Assembly (NCBI GenBank): GCA_030141605.1
Contig: JAQGDQ010000107.1
Location: 62,001 to 126,000 of the forward strand
Direction of reading: 5' to 3'
From: Tubiluchus corallicola
Taxonomy: Eukaryota; Animalia; Priapulida
Length of the DNA stretch: 64,000 bases
Position numbers and translations under genes: made by a program. The notes beneath the pieces were generated by a model. That model did no database searches. It was not told the origin of the DNA and was given only the letters and a program-made list of their open reading frames with translations. This document shows, piece by piece, positions 42,820-52,615 of this stretch. Position 1 is the stretch's first letter; each line of letters opens with the position of its first letter.

Positions 42820-43831
42820 ATATATGAGTATAGCACTAACCCCATACTTTAAAATATTAGAACTCATTTCTCCTATTATGCAGGTAAATTTCGTCATCAC
42901 AGAATTTCTTATTTTCGAGCATCATCCAGTTACTATACTTAGTTACTATAGTATACATAGAACTGTACTTAGTTATAGGAATAAAATCTTTCATTAATGG
43001 TTAGCACGTGAACATAGTAGTGTATCTATTAGATTATTAAATTAGACTGTTAACTAGCTTAGTTTTCTAATTAATTCCCTTATTGTGGGATATCGAAACA
43101 TCCATAATTTAGTAAAAAAAACTCATATTTCTAAGTAGACTTACTTCTACTTTCGTGCGACAATGTTATCATTTTATAACTAATTTTAAAATCAGTTTTT
43201 TAAATTATCAGATATTTTCACAGGTTTTTGTGCTTTGTTGTAAACTTGTATCTGACATTCACCGCCTAAAAGAAAAACCTACCAGCAGTCAAACTAACAA
43301 CTTCTTATTTGGATTTAATAGCACTTTGTGTATTTAATGCAGATGGCATGTTGTGTGTATACCATTTAGCAAACAAGACTTGCATGGGCACACTTATATT
43401 TGTGATTGTTGATGTCCTTTTAGAGTTCAATAGCATTCAGTTAACATCTCAAGTCATATACAAATTACTCAAATAATTTTTTCGTTTTATGCGATTTTAG
43501 TGCAACAGACTTATCATTTTTGCATTATTGTCAGTCAAAAACATTCTACTAACTTTGCAAAAATTGGAAAATTAGCAACCGTAATTAGCTAAGTAAATAG
43601 CAATGACCAGCAACAACAGTCATTCAAGCAAAGTTGGGAAACTAGAATTGTCAGGTTATCAGACGAATAAAGAATCGTAGTATTTAACACCAGCTTGTTT
43701 TTTTTTCAGCTCGCCAGTGTTCAAAACGTGGCGGAGACTTGGCAATAGATGTGAAAGGAGATGGGAGGGTGGCTGTGTCAGGACAAGCAGTTATAGTCGT
43801 GGAAGGCAGGATGAATGTGCCTGGTATCTAG
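36072..43831 (+). CDS. PBLD: Phenazine biosynthesis-like domain-containing protein (PhzF/diaminopimelate epimerase-like family), 296 aa, 6 exons
   Basis: Exons 36072-36158, 39070-39283, 39586-39728, 40724-40812, 42277-42512 and 43710-43831 sum to 891 nt, are all GT-AG and in phase, and end in TAG. PhzF motifs: FTVDAFTSYPFSGNPAAV, EMNISETAF, LRWFTPTNEVPLCGHATLA, GIPEDPVTGSAHTVL, ARQCSKRGG. Confidence 0.95.
36200..37010 (+). mobile_element. Decayed CR1-group LINE (RT domain and 3' end) in PBLD intron 1
   Basis: Frameshifted fragments: LNDWSQ...IDILYIDFRKAFDFVP...GIRGKLLQWFQYFL...TSGIPQGTLSGPNCFLIFVND...LQADL, and RAHFFASRVVGPWNSL. Confidence 0.85.
38400..38760 (-). mobile_element. Decayed CR1-group LINE fragment
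   Basis: MLFNVDKREEMHWG...YIMNG...NIGAII..NLKFSQQCIVAVKKANKNLG matches the CR1 post-RT region. Confidence 0.8.
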
Positions 43832-43989
43832 ACTTGAGACGATTTACTTCTGTTCTTCAGAAAGAAAGTTGATGTATGGTACTCAAAGACAGACATGTGC
43901 AAGGTTCTGTTCACTATAAACAAACCGATTTACGTCTTTTGCTTTAAGAATGCTAGCTCGATAATTTACTATTTACTGTGTTTGACACA

Positions 43990-44481
43990 CCATTCCCTGT
44001 TTTTTAATGCTTTTTGTTTTGTTTGCTACTTTTTACTTGATTGTATTGAACTTCATTTTTGTTAAAAGGAATCGAGATTACCGTGTTCAGTTATTGTACA
44101 ACACATCTTGCATGCCAGTTGGAAACGAAAGCTTTGCTCATATCAACAATTAGCATTCATACTAATGTTTTAGTTAAATACCAAATGGTTTTAGATTTAG
44201 TGTTATAAGAAACTGATTACTAGACGTTTAACATATCATTGCCTGTTTTTTAAGCATCTTTTCTTTTATTGCTATTTTTTACTTGATTTTGTGTAGTAAC
44301 TTCACTATTAATAAGACAAATCGTTCTTAAATAAGCAGCAAAAGGGGGTTGGACATTACCGTATGTTCAATTATGGCACATTTTGCATTCCAGTTGGGAA
44401 CCAAAGGTTTGCTCATATCAACAATTAGATCAGTTTTCAAACTAATGGTGTTTTAGTCAAATACGAATTGGTTTTAGATTT
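43990..44481. repeat. Diverged ~250-bp tandem duplication downstream of the PBLD stop
   Basis: Blocks catt.cctgtttttta...tttttacttgatt and attaccgt...tttgctcatatcaacaattag...tggttttagattt each occur twice (about 43990-44200 and 44237-44481). Confidence 0.8.
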
Positions 44482-46590
44482 GGAATGGATACTTGAGTGG
44501 GGTGTGATGTTTTAAAGTGGGATGATGACCTATCATACATGCTGTAGATTCCTGAAATTTATTTTTATAGCAAATTTGATATTTAATTGTGATGTAGATA
44601 GATTAACACCTGTTGAAATTATGCAAAAATTTATTTTTACACGAGTATTGAATTTACTCATTTTATTAAATCGGTTACTGCAAATTTTTGCTTTGGATTG
44701 TGAAAAAATAAAATTCCAGTGAAAAAATTTGCTATGTACTGAGACTATCACACTTTATATTAATCGTTAAACTACTGATCTTAGTGTATATAGAGTTAAA
44801 GACCATTTAAATTTTAGTTTTATTTAATTGCATGGAGTAGAGCTACAGATTTTAAATTAATCACACATTAATACCTGACAGGGGTATTGTTTGTATTGGA
44901 GACTCGATAACAGAACCTAATATTTATAATCAAACACCAAACTTTAATTTGATGAAGTTAAAGGTTAGGGTTATCAAATAGAATAAGAAATAGGCCCGCT
45001 TTACCCAACAAAACTAGTGGTTTCTGAAACACTACGATTTGGAAAAAGTTACCTGGAATGAATTAAGTCAAATCAAAATCAAAATTTGTGCGCAAATTGC
45101 AAAAATTTATTCACACAAAAGTTAAATTGGTGAATGAACAAACCATTATCTAGCATAAAGTGGAATGATCCAAAAATAGGTAAGGCAGACTGTCTCACAA
45201 ATAGTGTTGGTCCCTCAATGCTCATTTGCTACACAGCTTCCCCGACAAATTCAAAAACAGTGTAAAAGTAACTATTTGAACAAATGCATGTAAAGAAAAT
45301 AATATTATGTAACAGCCACCTCATTGCACAAAAACAATAGACTATACCCAATAAAAGGTTGTAATTACTAGTGAGAATGACTGTGAAACATTTGGAAACT
45401 CACTCTTACAAGCACTGCATTTTCAACAATAATACAAACTATATGTCATGTAGGGCCTAACAGTAAGTTTGGAACATCTGATTTCACTTCAATTTTGGTA
45501 TTTTTATGTCTGCCCCATACTTCTATTGCATATAAAAGTTAATGTGTTACAATTATTGTCATAAACGTGCATTATTAAACTGATAATAAGGTAACGTGCA
45601 TTATTAAACTGCATATTATGATAACAACCTTAATACATAAAGTCGGGCTTTGTTGCAACTGCTCAATAAAGTGCAAAATATTAGTACAGAAATAGAAAAA
45701 AGTGTAACACCATGAGCAAACTATAGCAGAAAGTAAATCACAATATAAATAAGGCACAATGTATTCCACACAACCTGCATTAGGAATGCAATTTTATTTA
45801 TGTTAGTAATAATAATAATTTATAATGCACATAATTTATTCAAATGCACTTGGGACTTCATTTTATTTGAAGTGATTTTTTAGCTTTCCACAGTTTATGC
45901 AACTATCTAATAACAAGTAACATATTCAACTTACTGGATAATATCATCAGCATTGCTTCCTATTTAAAAATAGTGTGCTGAACAGGCATATTGCAATGGA
46001 CGGAATTGTAAATAATGTGAAGTGACACATACTTCTAAGCTACATACTACATTCAAGTTACAATACATACACTATTCTAAAACATAAATAAAAACGCATA
46101 GTTCATATAGGCATTATATACGTTTGAGATTCATTTAAATGAACTAGATTCATCACAGTCTTTTGCAGAATTTTATTTTCCTATCAAAACAGAATTAATG
46201 TTCTTACTGTAATAGCTTTCTAGATTATGAATGATTTAACAAACTACAGTATAGACACTATGAATGTCTCAGGGTACTGATAAGAGATAAGCATATTCCA
46301 ATGAATGCTAAGATTTAAATTTTTAGCTTTAAACTAGTTTTTGTCAGTAGTGCAAAGTTAGCATATTGACATATGGTAAAAAGTGCTAGTATAACCTGAA
46401 TTATGTAAGCTATAATTGAGTGCATGATATATAAATGATCAAGAGTCATTGAGACTGAATCAAGGCTTCGAACTGACTAGTATTAGCCTTATCACATGGA
46501 CAATTCCCACTGACAACGTACTTTCACAAAACGACATTGTTTAACTAAAGTACATCCCCATTTGATTTTGTTGGACTTCAGACATCAGTG

Positions 46591-46963
46591 CAGTGCTGGG
46601 TTAATGGAAATTAATCGGTAAATTTTTTTAACCGGTTGACCGATCTTTATATATAAATGATAAATAATTTGAACCTTAACCACATCCTTACTGTAGAGAC
46701 TTTTCATTTCTATGTAGGAAAGTGTTGCACTTAGTTAAACAATGCTTGGCATCCTTACAAACACACTTTTCACTTCCTATGTATAAAAGTTTCACTCTTA
46801 TTTGAACATATTCCTGATATATGTTTGCATTGTAAATTTCTTGTTTATTTGATTATCCACTGATCCAGTCAGCAAATTATAGAAGGTCTCCGATTTTGCC
46901 TAGATCCGATTAATCGGTTAACCGATAAAAAATTAACCGGTTAAGTGAATCATCCCAGTTCTG
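46591..46963. mobile_element. hAT-type MITE with TTAACCGGTT/TTAATCGG subterminal repeats
   Basis: Termini cagtgctggg / cccagttctg. Exact 8-bp TSD CATCAGTG at 46583-46590 and 46964-46971. Confidence 0.85.
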
Positions 46964-47278
46964 CATCAGTGGAGATGTAATCTCAAAGAACTGCGTTATT
47001 TTGCAGTTGAGCGGTTATAAGCAGTTCATATTTTCGTGTTGTACTGCACTTTATCAGATTTCTTAAAGCTCTGCCCATTTAAGCTGCCTATATTTCCAAT
47101 CTGATAAAAATTTGGATAAAGCAAACAATTCTTGTTTTGAAATATTGTGAGAAGTCACTTGAAAACCATGATACTGGATTTTGTATTATAACAATGATTC
47201 AATGCAGCACGTCTATTGCTTTTGAGCAAGAAAGATGTCTTCTTGCACATAGTCTCCACCTTCCCCGTCCTCCAGTTG

Positions 47279-49221
47279 TCATTGAAATGTCCACAGTAAT
47301 CGGAATAATCCATTACGCACTGAATTACCAGCAACAAATGACAGGCAGGGATGAATAGTGTACTATAAAAAAAGTTGCAAAATTAATACAACGATTGCAA
47401 GGTAAGTACTGCTAGACCTGGTTAGCAAATGGCTGGGTGATCACTAGAATACAGCTTCTGGGAAGTTTAACTTGCCACATTGTCATCAGTCTTTAGAATG
47501 CTGGCAGTTTAAAGAAGATTGTAGGTGAATCTGAGAAAAGATACATTTGCCACTTTAGTGTCTCACATCAGAAGATTATCCTAGACAATGAGCTATGTTT
47601 CAGTCCAGCCACAACCATCAGCACAGCAGGTGAGTCCAGGATCTTGGCTTGTAGAGTGGCAACTGCATTAAAACATAAAAAAATATAATTCTAGGAGACG
47701 AAAGGAAAACTACTAACATGTACCATCAATGCGTACACTCACCCGATAAAGATAGCTCATCTTTCCGACATCCATCTTTACTGTTAATCGGGTCAGGTTT
47801 CTTTTAAGGGTTGAATCTTTTTCAGTGTTGAAATCAAAAGTGATTCGACGAGGAAAAATCAGTGACTCTATAACGTACTCGATATGCTCAAGTGCTTTAA
47901 ACTTTCTGATTTTTGCATAGGAACGAAAACCAGCTGCATTAAAAAAACATATAGTTAATAATTTCAGACTCAAGTTCTTGAAAATTCGATGGTTGTAATT
48001 TGGTTTTAACAAAGGAAAATCCTCAGTTTGAATAGCAAGTAATTCCCATTTCACACTACTTAGAAAAGAACTCGAGGCACAGCACATATTTACACTTACA
48101 AAGAAACATCTAGGGATTAAAATTATCATCTTAGGTTTTGATGTTCTAATAACAGAAATACTGTTTAAGCATGCGAACTGTTGGTTGCTGATTCACGCAA
48201 CACACTTGGCTGCCAGCTTTGTTACTTAGAGTGCCAAGATACTTTTGGCAAACTCAATCAGCTAAAATGCAAAATCATGCAGGGGAACACAGTTAAAATC
48301 TAGCTGCTTGCAGAGTGCACCTAATTTGGTTTTTCATGTGACTAGGAACTACAAATGTTCTGTACTTGGGAGTTCTCTTCTGGGAGGGCGGCGGATGCTT
48401 CCCCCCCCTCTTACAAATGATATGATGATGCATGATGAAACTGTCGCATAAAGAAGGCATTGCCTTTTAGGGTATATGTATAGGCTACAGTCATCTTGTT
48501 TGCATTTTAGGCTGAGGAAAAGATAAAACATCATAAGTGAACAGTGCACAACAAAGGAATCTACAACAGTAATACCTAAATTATAAACTATTCTTGAAAT
48601 TCAAGTCAATAATTTATTACACTGCGCTACAAGAAACTGCCACAAAATAACCCAAATTTTATTCAAATGGGGTAATCGCCAGTTACTGCAATTAGTATTC
48701 CAGAAATAGTCTGTGTAAATGTAAGTAATGAAGCTCACAAACTATCAAGACTTATACACATCCAATCTTCCATGTATTAATACTAATTCCCCTGACAGTA
48801 TGGCTTCACTTGACAACAATTTTGTTGATACTATATACTTTACTAAATCAATTCCTGATGTTAAGTGAGGACTTGCTATATTTCAATGAGAAAATGTCAT
48901 ACTAAATTTTAACACCTTGCTGAAAAGAGTTATGTAACTACTATTAGTGAATATATGAAAATAAACTAAAAAGTGGTCAAGTGACCCATGAAAATTTAAT
49001 GCAAACAATCACAACGTACGTCCGATTGGTGCCGAAGTAATGATACTATACGTTTTTTCTTTGCCTATGGGTAGGCTATCTTGCGCTATTACCATTCCAG
49101 CTTCAGGCATCCACTAAAATAGAAATATAGCACATTAAACTGTCAGTTTCTTGGAAAGTGGTTATATAAGTAATTCTACATCACATTAGTAGTAGTGGTA
49201 GTGGTAGTGGTAGTGGTAGTG

Positions 49222-49308
<87 letters not shown>

Positions 49309-49987
49309 ATAGTAGTAATAGTAGACAATTTATTTTTACAATATTCGATGTAAAATATTACGTATACAATGTAACGACATGTCAAGGAGACTGCCACAAA
49401 AAATCTGTAAGGTCGTAAATGTGGCAGCCACCGGAAGAATAAAATATTCAACATGACGCAGGTGTTATTGTAAATGTTACACTCAAATAATGCAAGAGTC
49501 TTGCGTGATACAAGCATTACAGTAGCTTTTAAACAAACAATCAGTGAGTCTATGATAATCCTTAAAGTCTATGATATTCCATTAGAACTATGCTACCAGT
49601 ATAAGTAGTTTCATAGAGCTTTTTATTATCAAGAGCATTAATGTAAACCTTAAACCTTTTATAAAAACTAGACCATGACATTAGAAAGAGAGTTCACAAA
49701 AACAAACAGCTTGGCATATACAAGATAAAGCAATGTAATGTTTGTAAATTGATTAACTCCTTTACGATTAATAAACGTTTATTTCAGATTGACAAAGTTA
49801 ACAGATTGATACAAACCTCAGGCAACTTTTCAAGATCGGAAACCATGTTAAATACCTCATCAATAGTTGCAGGTAGTGCTACTGTTTTTTCCAGCAGGAT
49901 TAGTTGTGTTGGAAACTCGATTTGTGCGAGGACGGCCATGACAGCAACAATAATACAGCTGGGAACAACAAACTTCCAACTTGGCAT
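47279..49987 (-). CDS. Uncharacterised SRPBCC/START/Bet v1-fold (polyketide cyclase/dehydrase-like) protein with N-terminal hydrophobic anchor; 179 aa core, true start may be further upstream
   Basis: Exons 49817-49987, 49020-49113, 47743-47933 and 47279-47362 sum to 540 nt, are GT-AG and in phase, and end in TGA. Hydrophobic FVVPSCIIVAVMAVLA is followed by LEKTVALPATIDEVFNMVSDLEKLPEWMP, matching the SRPBCC N-terminal pattern (strand - a.p.e.vf..vsD.e..peW.p), and the protein ends in an amphipathic C-terminal helix. Family assigned by eye, not by HMM. Confidence 0.75.
49186..49324. repeat. (TAG)n/(TAGTGG)n microsatellite in an intron of the SRPBCC gene
   Basis: Directly visible. Confidence 0.97.
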
Positions 49988-51116
49988 TTTTCTGAAAAGG
50001 TATCAGTTGTTTACTTGGTCGAAAGTTCTCGTCAAGTATACAAAAAGCTCTACATAGGAGTCTAGAGCTGCAGTTTATAAAATAGTCACAAATTTTTCAC
50101 ATAATGTAGTGAAACCAACCTTGATTAAATATGGCATTAGTAACTATGCAAAAATGTCCACTCTTTGACTGTACTTTTTTTGAAAATGCGCTAAACATAC
50201 AAACTTTATACCATTTTGTAGATCTTTTCAAGCCCTGCAAATTCCACTAAGTTTTGTTTTTAATGATAATTGACAGGCAAAAATTAAAATTTGCGAAAAC
50301 TGGTCCATGCTAAACAAAATACACAGCACTACGCTATGAAGTTTTAGCTAATTTCTCTGCTGCATTGAAACAATTAATATAATACCTATTATCAAAAAAT
50401 AAAGAAAAATGCAGTACACATTATGCAGAATTTGGCCACCAGCTATACTAATTAAAACTAAAAAATACCAAATTTTTCTTTCACAAAGTAGTTTAGAATG
50501 CCGCCACATCTGAGCAGCCTGTAATAACTTAAATAAGCTCATTTCACAATGAAAAGAACCCAAAAACTGTCTCATTTTATTGCAATCAGTGCCCAGTCAA
50601 TTTTTTTGAACAGGATATTATGATTCAAAAATTTTGGAATGGCCAAGTTATTATTGATCTTAAATATAATCTATGATGTGGTAGCTTCACTTTTTTAACA
50701 AGTGGATGTCAAAAAAATCTGGAGTACAAAGAGTCCGGGCTTTTTTAAGAAACATACAGGCTTTTTAACCCTTTGAGAAATATCCAGATTTGCTGCATCT
50801 TGAGGCTGACAGGTCCGTACAAACTGGACTGACTAGTTCAGAAGTTCTTGTAGTGTGTAAAAATAAACAAGTGCTGTTACTCGATACCACAATAAAAAAG
50901 TACTGGAGTGACTTCACTGATTTGTGGACGTTAATGAATATCACAGGCAACTCAAGTTAAGGTAAGACAGAGTTCTACGTAGACTTTAAAAAAAGTGCAG
51001 CCACATATGCATATTGATTAAAACCCTAATTTCTAAATGAAGAAAGTGAATGTTTATATAAAATATAAGGTGTATACAAATTTTCATTATCTGAAATTTA
51101 GCTGCAAATTACATAC

Positions 51117-51806
51117 AAGTATCCCTCCTTCCATGATTTTTTCAAATGCACTTCGTTGTCATCAGCCGTTTCGTATAGTACTTCGTCATTCTCAGTGGCT
51201 TCTTTCAAGTTGTCTGATTTTGTATCCTCACAATCTTTTGGTTCCACTTTTGACTTCTTATGCTCTTCTTCATCATTCATATTCTCTGCTTTTGGTTGAC
51301 TTTTTATGTCACTGGTTTTCTTCTCTTCACTGTTCTTGCTTTCGAAATGCTTTCCGCAGTTATCATTTTTTTCCTCAACAGCAACCATGTTTTCAGTTTT
51401 GTGGATATTCTCTGCATCACCACATGCGCTTCCACGACAATTATTCTTTACAATTTTTAGCTGATCTCCTAACCCAGAGTCATCTACTGAACTACAATAA
51501 GTTGTGCAATTATTAAATAAAATACTTATTAGTGTCACACACAAGCTCAGGGCTTTACGCTTGCAGTATTACTGCTGCTACGATTGTACGGTACTACTCC
51601 AAGCCAAAGCAAAACCAGTATTGTAGGTCATAGTAAGTGTATTCGAATCAGTCTGTTTACTCTTAAAATGTTGCTCATAACAAACTGACGGTCATGCAAC
51701 AATAAAACGTGTAAAAAGTAACAAACTGTCATGCAATTTATTTGCTATAAAATAAAAATCTATAACAGGATAGATGAGATAAAAACATAGTAACCGCTTA
51801 CTCCAT
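51117..51806 (-). CDS. Acidic/Lys-rich disordered coding segment (5-nt start exon plus 375-nt exon); either the N-terminus of the SRPBCC gene or a small separate gene
   Basis: ATG GA|gtaagc at 51802-51806. Exon 51117-51491 is flanked by ttgtag| and |gtatgt, is stop-free and phase-compatible (MDSVDDSGLGDQLK...EEKKTSDIK...KKSWKEGY). No recognisable domain. Confidence 0.6.
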
Positions 51807-52615
51807 CTTGTAAACAAATTCCCACAATGCGCTTCGGCTTCAATAAGTGAACAGTTTTTTTGAATGTTCTCTTGTTTCTTAATATAGAATTTTCATAAAG
51901 AAATGTGTTAACAAAAAGTTTTTGTGAGACTGCGATTTTATTTGCATTTTCCTTATTTGTAAGAGGAAAAGCTACACTTAATTACACGCTGGTAACCATA
52001 TTGTTATGCATTTTAATTTCATTTAATTTGCGTCTATAATATTAATGTTCTCACTTGTAACTTTTCCACATCCGTAATTCATCGTTGGTTAAGCTACTCC
52101 TATTGTACAATTCAATTCAATTTTTTATTCGCACATTAAAATGAAATAATTTACATGAACATAAAAGCTGACTATGAACGGTGAGATTACTGGAGACGAG
52201 TCCTTCAGCATCGTTGGCTTTCATCGAACTTGCACCAATGATGGGTCGTGCTGGCCTGCTATATGTCACTTCACTGATCATTTTCTGTTTTAAGTTTGCT
52301 TCGTATCCGCTTTTCACTTCTGCATAAATCTTTCCTATGTATTACGTGCAGTTCAGCAATAGCTTATGATCTGTCATAATATAGGCAATACTTTAAAATA
52401 AAATTGAAAAAGAAAAATTTGAAAATTTTAGTTTTATAAATCAGTGCATTATAAGTGATTACTTTGCTGAGCTTTGTCTTCTTTCCCAAAATGAAATTCA
52501 ACTATAGGTTAAGCAAATCATTTCACTGGGTTTCTCGAACGACATATTAGGCTATTACTCAGGCTGCTACTACACCTATGTTGAATGTTATTGCAGCTCG
52601 TGAACAACAAGCAAC
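51807..52615. promoter_or_regulatory. Putative bidirectional promoter / 5' region between the acidic-exon gene and MTA1-like
   Basis: 809 bp between divergent ATGs. ZNF143/Staf-like AATTCCCACAATGC at 51817-51830. A splice acceptor (ttattgcag, ending 52596) lies just upstream of the MTA ATG. Confidence 0.5.

Noticed and set aside
36072-43831. Horizontally acquired phenazine biosynthesis gene or cluster
   Set aside because: PBLD is a normal, widespread animal gene. This copy has five spliceosomal introns and no other phz genes nearby.
49176-49517. Poly-Thr ORF
   Set aside because: Translation of the (TAG)n microsatellite inside an intron.
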